A stretch of DNA of 64,000 bases from Polyangiaceae bacterium (lineage in GTDB: Bacteria; Myxococcota_A; Polyangia; Polyangiales; Polyangiaceae). The stretch is from assembly GCA_965222375.1 (NCBI GenBank), contig CBDCTZ010000016.1, forward strand, positions 1,376,001-1,440,000. The letters run 5' to 3'. The notes below the pieces were generated by a model. The model saw only the letters and a list, made by a program, of their open reading frames with translations. It was not told the origin of the DNA and did no database searches. Position numbers and translations under genes: made by a program. Position 1 is the stretch's first letter. Each line of letters starts with the position of its first letter. This document shows, piece by piece, positions 30,136 through 40,005 of the stretch.

Positions 30136-30245
30136 AGCGCCGACAGTCGACAAGCCGGCCCGGGTCGAGGTGAGCTGACACATCGCGCGCCCCGACCGGG
30201 CGCCGTTGCACTGGACCTCGTGTACGATGCTAGACTGCCGACCCC

Positions 30246-30764
30246 ATGGCGAGCTGGTCCGCGATTGTAGGTGCACGAAGCGACGACAAGGGCGCCGCCT
30301 TACATCACGTGCTGGACTGGCTGCGGGACAGCGGCGTGCGACTCGGGGGATTCTACCAAGAGCGCGTGCTCGATGATGCGGGCGAAGTCGCGGGTTGGGA
30401 TGTCGTCCGCCTCGGCCAACCCGGCCGAGCCAGCCTGGCGCGCCGCAGTGATGAGCCGGACATGTGCGACTACGCTTTCAAGCGTTCGGGCTTTGCTGCT
30501 GCGGCGGCTTGGGTGGACGAACCGGGGGCGGATCTGATCGTGGTTGGTGGCCTGGGCAAGCTCGAAGCAGCTGGTGGCGGCCACTGGCCGGTGGTGGAGG
30601 GCCTGTTGGCAGGCAGTGCACACACGTTGCTGTGCATTCGAGATACCAGCCTATCCGGTGTGGCGCTGCGGCTGCCGGATCCCGTCGCTTACGTGCACCT
30701 GCCTTGTGACCCCGCCGAACTCGATGCCTTCAGTGTCCGGCTGACCCAGCTGTCGCAGGGCTAG
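30246..30764 (+). CDS. DUF2478-like / NTPase-like protein
   Basis: RLGGFYQ..., DLIVVGGLGKLEAAGGG. Confidence 0.6.
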   Translation: MASWSAIVGARSDDKGAALHHVLDWLRDSGVRLGGFYQERVLDDAGEVAGWDVVRLGQPGRASLARRSDEPDMCDYAFKRSGFAAAAAWVDEPGADLIVVGGLGKLEAAGGGHWPVVEGLLAGSAHTLLCIRDTSLSGVALRLPDPVAYVHLPCDPAELDAFSVRLTQLSQG

Positions 30765-33463
30765 ATGCGCTCGATCCAGATTGGTGCGGACCAGGCTTGG
30801 CGATCCGTGCCCGTCGCATGCACCTCGACGTAGAAGAAGTGCTCCCCGGGTTCGGCGAACGTGAGGTTGAAGCTCTGCCAGCCCGGACTGGCGGCGGCCT
30901 GTTCGCTCACCAGGGCCACGCCGTCCTGGCCCACGCGCCCAGCGTAGACGCGTACGTCAAAGGGGCCCGCGTAATCGGGATCCTCGACGAAGACTCGCAC
31001 CGGAACGTCCGCGCCCGGGCTCGCGATGAAGCTACCCATCGGCACGCGGTCGAAAGCATAGCTGCGCAGCACCAGATTTTCGTCTTCGCTGGCGTAGATC
31101 TCGCGCTGCTCGATGGCATCCAAAGCACGTAGCTCGGAGAGGGCGTGGGCGATCAGGGCCGTGCGGCTGGTGTGGCCCGTGCCCCAGTTGGCAAAATGAT
31201 TGTCATGACTCGCGACCGGCGCGACGTGAAAGCCGCGGGTCAGAAAGTACTGGTAGTCCGGCACGTGGGTGCGGCGCGTGAAAACGCCGGGCTCGGTGCT
31301 GCTCTCGACGATGCTCGGATTTTGAGGCACCTCGGAGCCCAGGTCCGTGCCGCGGTTCAGGGTGACTTCGACCAACCGGGCATAGGGATCTGCTTCGGCG
31401 ATCAGATTCGCCCAGGTCTCATTCACCGTATTCTCATCGGGTACCGCCTCGCCCCGTATCCAGGCGTCGCGCTTGGCTTTCAGCGGGAAGTAGTCGTCGA
31501 TGCCGAAGTCGTTGAACTTCTTGTTCCGCTCGCCAGCCTTCTCGATCTCCAGCAAGTTCACCCCAAAGACCATGTCCCAACTGCCCTTCAGAACCGCCGG
31601 ATCCCTCGGGAAAGTCTTCGGGTGGTTGAGCATGAAGACTGGGCGATCCCCTTGGGCATCCCGGGAAGGTAGGAAGTCGCTGTAAAGGGAGTCGAAGCGC
31701 CCGCGATCGGTCTTGGCGATGGCCCGGGAACCGAAGATGCCAACGTGGTTCCCGGTACTGTTGGTGCTCCACTCCATGCTCGACAGCGCCAAGAAATCCG
31801 GCGTGCTGACCGCGCGGGCAGCTTCCATCATCCGGGCGTAGCCGCCAGGCGTCATATTGGCGTTGTCGTCGGGATCCTCACCGCCGTCCCGGCAGTGCGG
31901 TGACAGCGCAATGAAGTCCAGGCCTCCCTTGTCCCGGGCATATTCGAAGGCTTGTCGAGCCGCGGCATCCACGGCCTCGGGCACGTCCACGGGCACGACC
32001 TCGCCGGCCTCGTTTTTGCGCTCGGGTTTGCCGTCATCCAAGGCCACCCCGTTTTCTTCGGCGTGGAAGTGCGCGTGCAAGTTGCCGAAGTACGTCTTCG
32101 TCGTAGTGGCGTGCTGGGTGGCGGCGTCTTGGTTGGCGTCCAAGAAGGCGCCCTCCAGGGACCAATGCCAGAGGCGATGAAATAGCGCGCGGAAGCGGCG
32201 CAAGATCTTGGCATTGCGATAGATGCCGTAGTTCTCGAAGTTGGCGAAGAAACCCGTGCCGGACCAGTTGCCGGAGCCGTTGAGGAGGATGCGGCCGTCG
32301 ATGATCGCCAGCTTGTGATGCAGCAGTTGGTACTCGGCGGTGTTGACCCGCTTGTAGCGAATGGTCCCTCCCGCCGCGAGCAGATCGTCCCACTTGCCAC
32401 CACTGTGCTCGTCGCGAGTGGTTTCGTTGAGCAGAACGCGAACTTCCACCCCGCGCTGCGCTGCGTTGCGCAGCTCCTTCACCAAGTCCCCGAAGGTGAA
32501 GTGGTGCATGATCACATCGATGCGTGTCTTGGCCGCCCGGATTTGATCCCGGATCAGCGTGCGGCCGGCGCTACTTGGGGAAAAGGCAACCCGTTCGTTG
32601 GAGCACGCGCCCGCGGCATCGGGGTTTTTCTCCCGCATCGCTTCGAAGTGACACGCGAAGCCAGTGATGAGGGGGTGCACCGGGGTGCCGCGTAGCAAGA
32701 TGGCGTTTTCTTCGTTGATGCTCGTGCCCGTGGAGGAGTAGTTCGCGCTCCCAGTAAGCAGGATGCGGCCGTCCACCAAGATGAACTTGGCGTGTTGAAT
32801 GCCGAAGCGGCTGCCCGAGGGCTTGCCCTGAACGAAGACCACGTCGAGCCCCTTGTCTTTGAGCTGCGTGGATCGTGTGCCGGGCTTGTCCTGACCGGCG
32901 TCCATGGCCAGGCGCACCTTCACGCCTCGCTGGTGAGCTCGGTCCAGGGCGTCGGCAATCTCGGAGACACTGAAGGTGAACTGGGCCAGATCCACGGAGG
33001 TTTCAGCGGCATCGATGAGTTCCACGACCTTCGCAACCATCTTGGAACGCGCTTTGAGGATGCTCTTGTCCGAGGCCGTGCAGACGTCACAGAAGGGGTC
33101 GGTCAGGATCACTTCGACGTCGTCGTCCGCGCCGACCAGCCGGCAGCCGACTTTGGGATCCCCGTCCCAACTCATTCCCTCGGTATCGGGCGTGTCGCCA
33201 CAGGCGTTCGTGTCGGGACCGCAATCTGGGTCGGGATAAGCGCAATAGCCCGCGTCGTCGCATTTGTCGTCGTCGTACCAGCCGCCCTCGGCGCAGGGAT
33301 CGATGGAATCCGACTTGCCGTGCAGATACGGCGGCAGGCACTCGGCCCGGGATTTGGAATCGAGACAGGCGCCGTCGGCGGGCGCCGAGTCATCTGCGCC
33401 GCAAGCGTCCAGGGCGAGGGGCAGCAGGCTCAGTGCGAACAGGCGACGCGCGTTACGGAGCAT
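30761..33463 (-). CDS. Lipoprotein with two PLD (HKD) domains fused to a PHP-like metallohydrolase
   Basis: QHAKFILVD..GSAN and HHKLAIID..GSGN; YFGNLHAH, LDFIALSPH, NHP, SHDNH. Confidence 0.85.
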   Translation of the reverse strand: MLRNARRLFALSLLPLALDACGADDSAPADGACLDSKSRAECLPPYLHGKSDSIDPCAEGGWYDDDKCDDAGYCAYPDPDCGPDTNACGDTPDTEGMSWDGDPKVGCRLVGADDDVEVILTDPFCDVCTASDKSILKARSKMVAKVVELIDAAETSVDLAQFTFSVSEIADALDRAHQRGVKVRLAMDAGQDKPGTRSTQLKDKGLDVVFVQGKPSGSRFGIQHAKFILVDGRILLTGSANYSSTGTSINEENAILLRGTPVHPLITGFACHFEAMREKNPDAAGACSNERVAFSPSSAGRTLIRDQIRAAKTRIDVIMHHFTFGDLVKELRNAAQRGVEVRVLLNETTRDEHSGGKWDDLLAAGGTIRYKRVNTAEYQLLHHKLAIIDGRILLNGSGNWSGTGFFANFENYGIYRNAKILRRFRALFHRLWHWSLEGAFLDANQDAATQHATTTKTYFGNLHAHFHAEENGVALDDGKPERKNEAGEVVPVDVPEAVDAAARQAFEYARDKGGLDFIALSPHCRDGGEDPDDNANMTPGGYARMMEAARAVSTPDFLALSSMEWSTNSTGNHVGIFGSRAIAKTDRGRFDSLYSDFLPSRDAQGDRPVFMLNHPKTFPRDPAVLKGSWDMVFGVNLLEIEKAGERNKKFNDFGIDDYFPLKAKRDAWIRGEAVPDENTVNETWANLIAEADPYARLVEVTLNRGTDLGSEVPQNPSIVESSTEPGVFTRRTHVPDYQYFLTRGFHVAPVASHDNHFANWGTGHTSRTALIAHALSELRALDAIEQREIYASEDENLVLRSYAFDRVPMGSFIASPGADVPVRVFVEDPDYAGPFDVRVYAGRVGQDGVALVSEQAAASPGWQSFNLTFAEPGEHFFYVEVHATGTDRQAWSAPIWIERI

Positions 33464-33557
33464 GAGAATGCCGCCAGCATATCATCGCCGGGCCCAGGGC
33501 GTCAGTGGCCCATGCTGCGCCAGGGTGGGAGTAGTGCCCTGCATCGCACCTTGGCCG

Positions 33558-33577
33558 CGACCCAAACAAACAAATCA
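33558..33577 (+). repeat. Inverted-repeat partner of 25881-25901
   Basis: CGACCCAAACAAACAAATCA versus CGACCCCAAACAAACAAACCA. Confidence 0.7.
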
Positions 33578-33604
33578 AATTCGCGCGGTGACTCGTCGTC
33601 GGGT

Positions 33605-33680
33605 TGGTGGAGCCGAGGGGGATCGAACCCCTGACCTCCTGACTGCCAGTCAGGCGCTCTCCCAGCTGAGCTACGGCCCC
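33605..33680 (-). tRNA. tRNA-Ala(GGC)
   Basis: GGGGCCGTAGCTCAGCTGGGAGAGCG...anticodon GGC...GTTCGATCCC...CCACCA, 76 nt. Confidence 0.97.
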
Positions 33681-33807
33681 GAGAAGGGCGGGGAGCCTTG
33701 CACAAAGGATCTCCAAACGCGAGGGCTTTTTGGGAAAGCCCCGTAGCGACTCCGCGGCTGAAGCGGAGATTAAAACTTTGCCCGCCGACCGGCGAGCTAG
33801 GTCAGTT

Positions 33808-34146
33808 TCAACCGCCTTTGGGAGGGCCACCCGGTGCGGGTGCGGCCGCTGCCGGGCGAGCAGGCGCTGGCGGGGGCTTGGCGGCTTCTTCGGCGGCCTT
33901 CTTCGCGGCCTCGGCCTCACGCGCCGCGGTCAATGCCGCCGTGCGAAGCTCCTCCGTGGTTTTTCCAGCGGGGCGGGTTGCCAACATGGTCAGGGCACCG
34001 ACAACAAACAGGGCGCCACCGAGCAGCGGCATCCACATTGGAGTGCGGGGCTCGTCGCTGTCGAGTTCATCCGTCTGGGTGACATGCACCAAGCTCTCGT
34101 CCTCTTGGACGGGAGTTGCGAGGACCGGCTCCTGTTCGTGCGCCAT
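33808..34146 (-). CDS. Small single-pass membrane protein
   Basis: EPRTPMWMPLLGGALF TM segment, Ala/Pro-rich tail. Confidence 0.65.
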   Translation of the reverse strand: MAHEQEPVLATPVQEDESLVHVTQTDELDSDEPRTPMWMPLLGGALFVVGALTMLATRPAGKTTEELRTAALTAAREAEAAKKAAEEAAKPPPAPARPAAAAPAPGGPPKGG

Positions 34147-34222
34147 TGTGACCTTATGTGAGCTTTGTGGGCCGCGGTCAAGCGTAGCCGTCTGGGCCCC
34201 GGGCGAGTAACCTCCCGCTGCC

Positions 34223-35017
34223 TTGCCCACGCTGAATTTCGCCGTTGTCGCCAAGCCCGAGCAGGCCCCCGCTTTGGCGGCATTCTGCGCCCGTCTCCAA
34301 GAGTCGACGGGCCTGAGCGTGCAGCCAAAAGTCCTCGAAGCGTACCCAGCTCTCGCGAAAGGAGTCATTGACGGCACGCTGGACGCGGTCTGGGCGCCGC
34401 CCCTCGTGGCCGTGGATCTGGAAGCTCGGGGCGCGGCGCGATCCGTCGCCGTGGTCGAGCGCAGCCTGCGCGCCGGGTACTACTGTGCACTCTTCGTCCA
34501 CCCGAAGAGTGCGATCCGAAAGGTGGAAGACTTGAAGGGTGCGCGCGCGGGTTGGGTGACCAAAGAGAGCGCGTCCGGATACGTCGTGCCGCGCTGGCAT
34601 CTGCGCTCCGCGGGACACGACTTGGACGACCTCTTCGCCGAGCAGAAGTTCTTCGACGGTCATGACGAGGTGACGCAAGCGGTGTTGGGCGGCGTGGTGG
34701 ACATCGGCGCCTCTCACGTGGGGCTGGATGCGGTGACCCAGGAGTTGAGTCATGCGCCATGGATTCACATGGGGCTGGCGCCGGGCGCGGTGCGGGTCAT
34801 CTTGCTGGTTGGGCCCATTCCGGGCGACGTGATCATGGCCAGCACGCGGATCCCCGACGACGTTGCGCAGTCCCTGACCGCAGCGCTGCTATCCATGGGG
34901 CGCACGGACGAGGCCAGGACCTTGTTCGAAGCGAGTAGTTTCGAGCCCGTGGCGGACGGGCATCTGTCGATGTTACGTCAGCTTTCTCGCTTCCGGGAAA
35001 CGGATAGCGGATCGTGA
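34223..35017 (+). CDS. PhnD/phosphonate-binding-family protein without signal peptide
   Basis: WAPPLV, SASGYVVP, GHDEVTQAVLGG, PIPGD. Confidence 0.8.
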   Translation: MPTLNFAVVAKPEQAPALAAFCARLQESTGLSVQPKVLEAYPALAKGVIDGTLDAVWAPPLVAVDLEARGAARSVAVVERSLRAGYYCALFVHPKSAIRKVEDLKGARAGWVTKESASGYVVPRWHLRSAGHDLDDLFAEQKFFDGHDEVTQAVLGGVVDIGASHVGLDAVTQELSHAPWIHMGLAPGAVRVILLVGPIPGDVIMASTRIPDDVAQSLTAALLSMGRTDEARTLFEASSFEPVADGHLSMLRQLSRFRETDSGS

Positions 35018-35019
35018 TC

Positions 35020-35049
35020 TTGACCCGAATGGACTGAGCACCCTAGGCT
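35020..35049 (+). promoter_or_regulatory. Sigma70-type promoter of the kinase
   Basis: TTGACC-18 nt-TAGGCT. Confidence 0.5.
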
Positions 35050-35074
35050 TCGATCACGCGAGCGATTTGACGCA

Positions 35075-36531
35075 ATGGCCCAGCAACAACAGAGATATCG
35101 CGTCATCGAGAAGATCGCCTCCGGCGGAATGGCGGAAGTCTTCCGAGCAGAAAGCGCGGGGCTCGAAGGTTTCAAGAAGACCGTTGCGATCAAGCGCGTG
35201 CTCCCGCACCTCGCGGAAAAGAAGCAGTTCATGGGCATGTTCTTGGACGAGGCGCGCCTGTCGGCGCAGCTTTCGCACTCGAACTGCGTGCAGGTCTTCG
35301 ATGTCGGTGTTGGTGACAACACCTTCTTCATCGTCATGGAGTACGTGGATGGCGCCGACCTCAAAGGTGTCATCAGCTTCCACCAGAAGCACGGGCTCGC
35401 GGTTCCCCCCGAGGTCGCGTGCCTGATCTGCGTCCGAATCTGTGAAGGCCTGAGCTACGCCCATGAGCTGCGGGACGGTAAAGGCCAAAGCCTGAACATC
35501 GTGCACCGGGACATGTCGCCGCCCAACGTGCTGATCACTCGGCACGGCGAGGTCAAGATCGTGGACTTCGGTCTGGCCAAGGCCAACAGCCAGCTCGAAA
35601 AGAGCGAGCCCGGCATCATCAAGGGCAAGTTCAGCTATCTGTCGCCGGAAGCCGCCTTGGGCCAGCCCATCGATCCGCGCACGGACATCTTCGCCGTCGG
35701 CATCATCCTATGGGAGCTGCTAGCGGGGCGCCGCCTGTTCATGGGTGAAACGGATCTGGAGACCGTGCGCCAGGTGCAAGCCGCCAACTACCCGTCCCTG
35801 GCGGAACTCGGCCTCACGGTTCCTCCCGACCTGGAGACGGTGCTGGCCAAGGCATTGGCTCGGGATCCATTGCAGCGCTACCAGGCGGCGCGAGACCTCG
35901 GGCGCGACCTGAACAACGTGTTGTTTCAGTTCGGTCGCGCGGTCTCGAGCTTCGATATTGCCCAGCTGCTCGATCCCGTCGTGCGCGAGCGCGACGAGAG
36001 CAGCATGGCGAAGAGCCGGGACAACAAGAAGTCCATCATCGGCTCGCTGATCGAGGAAGCACTGTTCGAGTTCACGTCTCTGCAAAATGAGAGTGATGAC
36101 CGCAGCTCCGCGGACTTGGGCTCCGCCCCCCTCAACATTGGCGCCTTCGGCGGTCAGGATTGGGCGTTGGATCTCGGCATGGGCGCCGCCGCCGACGCAC
36201 CCAAACCATACCGAGCGATTCCTTCGAGCTGGGCAATCTGGCCGCGCTGGAAGACGAGCCGTCGCGCTCCCGCGCCGCCAGCGGGCAGCACCGGGTGCAG
36301 TCGCCAGCGGCGCCGCCGGTGAGCGCGCCGCCGCTGCAGCCGCAGTATCCCCAGCCGCCTCGGTCCCAGCCGCTTCTGCAGCATTCTCAGCCGCCGGTTC
36401 CGCCCCCAGCCAAGAGCGGTGGAGTCGGCGGGTGGATCGCGCTCTTGGTCTTCGTGCTCGTGCTCGGTGGGGCCGCCGGGGCCTGGTACGCGGGGTTGAT
36501 ACCGGGATTGCCCCCGGCGCCGCGGCTGTAG
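35075..36531 (+). CDS. Ser/Thr protein kinase with C-terminal TM (1-nt frameshift near 36204)
   Basis: GGMAEVF, HRDMSPPN, DFG, GKFSYLSPE; adding one A in CCCAAACC joins it to the 36160-36531 frame, which ends in a TM helix. Confidence 0.85.
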
Positions 36532-36536
36532 GCGCC

Positions 36537-37199
36537 CTAGGCAGTTTCCTCTTCGGGCTTTGCGTTGCCCGGTCGCGAATGATCCGGTCGCGAATGATCC
36601 GGCCGGCTGTTGTCCTTGTCGCGCTCCGAGCGCTCTTGAGTGAGCTTATGCATCACGGACGCCTTGGGCGCCAAAAGCAGGGCCATGGTTCGTCCCTCCA
36701 TGGCGGCGCTCTGCTCGACGTTCGCGATGTCTTCGGTGTTTTCGACGAAGAACCGGAGCTGGCGCTGAGCGATCTGCGGGTGGGTGATCTCTCGCCCACG
36801 AAAGCGGCAGGTGACCTTAACCTTGTTGCCCGCCTCGATGAACTTTCGCGCGGCGCGCATCTTCACGTTTAAATCGTGATCGTCCGTCTTCGGGCGGAGC
36901 TTGACTTCCTTCACCTCCACGACGGTTTGCTTGCGCTTGGCTTCGCGCTGCTTCTTCTTTTCCTCGTACTTGTATTTGCCAAAGTCGAGGATCTTGCAGA
37001 CTGGCGGTGCCGCCTTGGGGTTGACCTCGACGAGATCTAGCCCCTGCTCAGCCGCTCGCTTGAGCGCTGCGCCGGTATCGATGACACCCAGGTTCGAGCC
37101 GTCTGCGTCGACGACGCGTACTTCTGGAACACGGATCCTGTGATTGATTCGGATTTGCGGACCGCGTGGTTCGCGGTTGAAGCGTCGCCCCATTGCCAT
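36537..37199 (-). CDS. infC: Translation initiation factor IF-3
   Basis: RINHRIRVPEVR, PPVCKILDFGKYKYE, FRGREITH. Confidence 0.96.
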   Translation of the reverse strand: MAMGRRFNREPRGPQIRINHRIRVPEVRVVDADGSNLGVIDTGAALKRAAEQGLDLVEVNPKAAPPVCKILDFGKYKYEEKKKQREAKRKQTVVEVKEVKLRPKTDDHDLNVKMRAARKFIEAGNKVKVTCRFRGREITHPQIAQRQLRFFVENTEDIANVEQSAAMEGRTMALLLAPKASVMHKLTQERSERDKDNSRPDHSRPDHSRPGNAKPEEETA

Positions 37200-37231
37200 G
37201 TGGTGGTTTCTCTTTACCCTTTCCCCGACCC

Positions 37232-39232
37232 TCAGTTGTCGGTTTGGTTATCATCCAATCGCGGAGGCTTTGCCTCCGCAAGCAAGCGCTGCTGAAATGC
37301 CTCGACGCTGAGCGCACCGAGTTCGCCTTCATCCCGTGACCGCACACTGATTGTTTCAGATTCTGCTTCCTGATCGCCCAGCACGCCAATGTAGGGGTAT
37401 CGAAGATTGCGGGCGTTGCGGATTTTTGCACCGAGCTTGTCAGGACCCGCATCCAGCGATACGCGTAGACCTGCGGCTTTGAACCTCGCCTGCAGAGATT
37501 GCGCGCACTCGGCGTGGCGTTCGCTGACCGTGACCAAGATGGTCTGCTCCGGTGCGATCCAGACCGGGAACTTGCCCGCGACATGCTCGATGTAGACGCC
37601 GAAAAAACGCTCGATCGAGCCGAGGATGGCGCGGTGCAGCATCACGGGTCGGTGGCGCTCGCCATCGCTGCCCACGTACTCGAGATCGAAGCGCTCGGGC
37701 AGTGCGTAGTCGACTTGAATCGTCCCAAGCTGCCAACTGCGACCCAACGCGTCGGTGACGTGGAATTCGAACTTGGGTCCGTAGAAGGCTCCCTCGCCCG
37801 GGAGCGTCTCGTATGGAACGCCGCTATCCACGAGCACTTTCTCGAGGGCCGCCTCGGCTTTGTCCCACATCTCGTCGGTGCCCACGCGTTTGTCTGGCCG
37901 TAGAGCGAGCTTGACTCGCACATCGTCGAAGCGGAACGCGTTGTACACCTCGAAGAGGAGCCGGTTGAAGGCTGCAATTTCGCCTTCCATCTGATCCGGC
38001 GTGCAAAAGATGTGCGCGTCGTCTTGGCAGAAGGTGCGCACCCGCGCGAGGCCATGAACCACGCCGCCTCGCTCGTAGCGATGCAGACGACCGAAGTCCG
38101 CCATGCGCCAAGGCAGCTCACGGTAGCTGCGCGGCCGCTGACCGAAAATCAGGCAATGGCTGGGGCAGTTCATAGGCTTCTGCGCCATGGTGGGCAGCAC
38201 CAATGCTTCTTCCGGGGGCTTGCCTTCGGCTAGGAGCTCCTTGGCGCGGCTCAGGGCTGCGTCGAGGTCGTCAGCCGTGACCGGCAGGTACATGTTCTCG
38301 CGATAGTTTTCCAGGTGCCCGCTGGTGGCGAAGAGCCGCGGGTCGAAGATCTGCGGCGTGATGACCTCGTCGTAGCCATAGTCCACGTACAGCTCGCGGA
38401 CGTAGTCCACCAAGCGGTTGTAGATGCTCGCGCCCCTCGGAAGGAAGAACGGCATCGCCGCGGCGTAGTCGTGAAACATCATCAGCTCGAGTTCCTTGCC
38501 GAGCTTGCGGTGGTCGCGCTTCTTGGCTTCCTCGAGTTGCTTCAGGTGGTCGTCTAGTTCGGCCTGGGTGGCGAACGCGGTCCCGTAGATCCGAGACAGC
38601 ATCGGGTTGTTCTCGTTGCCCCGCCAGTACGCGCCGGCCACGGATGTCAGCTTGATCGCGCCAAGGAAACCCGTGTGAGGAACGTGGGGCCCCGCACAGA
38701 CATCGGCCCAGGTGCCGTCTGGTCGACCGGGGCTGCCGTGGCGGTACACGCTGATGTGCTCACCCCGGTCCTTGATACTGTCGATGATCTGGCACTTGTA
38801 GTGCTCACCCATCCTCTCGAAGAGGGCGCGCACGCTCTCGTAGTTCATCTCTTCGCGGAAGAAGGGCTTCTTCCCGGCGATGATCTTCTTCATCGCCTTT
38901 TCGATGCGCTGCAGATCTCTGTCGGTGAAACCACCCTCAGGCCGATCGAAGTCGTAGTAGAAGCCATTGTCGATGGCGGGGCCGATGGTGACCTGAGTGC
39001 CGGGAAACAGCCGTTGCACCGCGTCAGCCATGACGTGCGCCGTGGAATGGCGAATCACCGCGAGCGCCTCGGGGCTGCCCACGGCAATGGCTTCGAGCTC
39101 CGCCTCGGCATCGACTGACGTGTGCAGGTCGACAATCGCGTCGCCATGCCGAGCCGCCACGACGTCGTCCGCGAGCATTCCTCGGGCTTCGAGGAGCTCG
39201 CGCACCGGGCGCTTCTCCGCCAAGGTCGTCAC
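37232..39232 (-). CDS. thrS: Threonine--tRNA ligase
   Basis: RHSTAHVMA, AGAYWRG, RDHRKLG, KPMNCP, GAFYGPK, HRAILGSIERF. Confidence 0.97.
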   Translation of the reverse strand: MTTLAEKRPVRELLEARGMLADDVVAARHGDAIVDLHTSVDAEAELEAIAVGSPEALAVIRHSTAHVMADAVQRLFPGTQVTIGPAIDNGFYYDFDRPEGGFTDRDLQRIEKAMKKIIAGKKPFFREEMNYESVRALFERMGEHYKCQIIDSIKDRGEHISVYRHGSPGRPDGTWADVCAGPHVPHTGFLGAIKLTSVAGAYWRGNENNPMLSRIYGTAFATQAELDDHLKQLEEAKKRDHRKLGKELELMMFHDYAAAMPFFLPRGASIYNRLVDYVRELYVDYGYDEVITPQIFDPRLFATSGHLENYRENMYLPVTADDLDAALSRAKELLAEGKPPEEALVLPTMAQKPMNCPSHCLIFGQRPRSYRELPWRMADFGRLHRYERGGVVHGLARVRTFCQDDAHIFCTPDQMEGEIAAFNRLLFEVYNAFRFDDVRVKLALRPDKRVGTDEMWDKAEAALEKVLVDSGVPYETLPGEGAFYGPKFEFHVTDALGRSWQLGTIQVDYALPERFDLEYVGSDGERHRPVMLHRAILGSIERFFGVYIEHVAGKFPVWIAPEQTILVTVSERHAECAQSLQARFKAAGLRVSLDAGPDKLGAKIRNARNLRYPYIGVLGDQEAESETISVRSRDEGELGALSVEAFQQRLLAEAKPPRLDDNQTDN

Positions 39233-39329
39233 GAGCTGAACGACGTCATGGTCTGGGGATACTTTGAGACGACACGAGGGATCGCGGTGCGCGCGCTAGC
39301 GTCGAGCATGCTCTCAGAGTTCATATTAG

Positions 39330-39401
<72 letters not shown>

Positions 39402-39437
39402 GGAACTGTCCTTCCCCCCGAAAACCAGGGGGCTGAT

Positions 39438-39466
39438 CGAGTACAACCCGGCTGTAGCAGTGTCAA
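39438..39466 (-). promoter_or_regulatory. Putative promoter of tRNA-Val-thrS-infC
   Basis: TTGACA-17 nt-TACTCG on the minus strand. Confidence 0.5.
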
Positions 39467-40005
39467 GCTGAGGGCTCGGCAGAGAAACCAACGGCTCCAA
39501 GCAGCACTCCGACGCACTCTTCAATGCTCTGGCGTTCAGTGTGCAGCACCACCTCGGCGTTGGTCGGAGCCTCATAGGGGTCATCGACGCCGGTCATCGC
39601 CGGGATCTTGCCGGCCCGAGCAGCCGCGTACATTCCCTTGGTGTCCCGGCGCTCGCATTCGTCCAGCGGGCAGCTCACAAAAACTTCCACGAACCCTTCG
39701 ATGCGCGAGCGGGCTGCGCCCCGGGCCTCTCGATATGGGCTGACCAGGGCCACGATCACGAGCAAGTCCTGAGCCGCCAGCATGGCCGCCAAGGCCGCGG
39801 CTCGGCGCACGTTTTCGTCCCGAGCCGGCTTGCTGAAACCGAGGTCCGGGGATATCGCGGCGCGTAGTTCGTCGCCGTCCAGCACGGCGCACGCAGCTCC
39901 GCGCAGTTCCAGTGCTGCCGCCAACTGGCGCGCGAGGGTGGTCTTGCCAGCGCACGGCAAGCCCGTGAGCCAAATGACTTTCGCGCCCGCTTTCGACGTG
40001 CCCAC
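39463..40005 (-). CDS. cysC: Adenylyl-sulfate kinase
   Basis: IWLTGLPCAGKTT, LDGD, RDTKGMY, TGVDDPYEAP. Confidence 0.93.
   Translation of the reverse strand: MGTSKAGAKVIWLTGLPCAGKTTLARQLAAALELRGAACAVLDGDELRAAISPDLGFSKPARDENVRRAAALAAMLAAQDLLVIVALVSPYREARGAARSRIEGFVEVFVSCPLDECERRDTKGMYAAARAGKIPAMTGVDDPYEAPTNAEVVLHTERQSIEECVGVLLGAVGFSAEPSA

Noticed and set aside
30124..30180. Selenocysteine read-through at the MarR CCG-UGA
   Set aside because: Protein is already full MarR length; no convincing SECIS or conserved downstream coding
33605..33680. Integrase-type island at tRNA-Ala
   Set aside because: No integrase and no duplicated tRNA 3' end seen in the window
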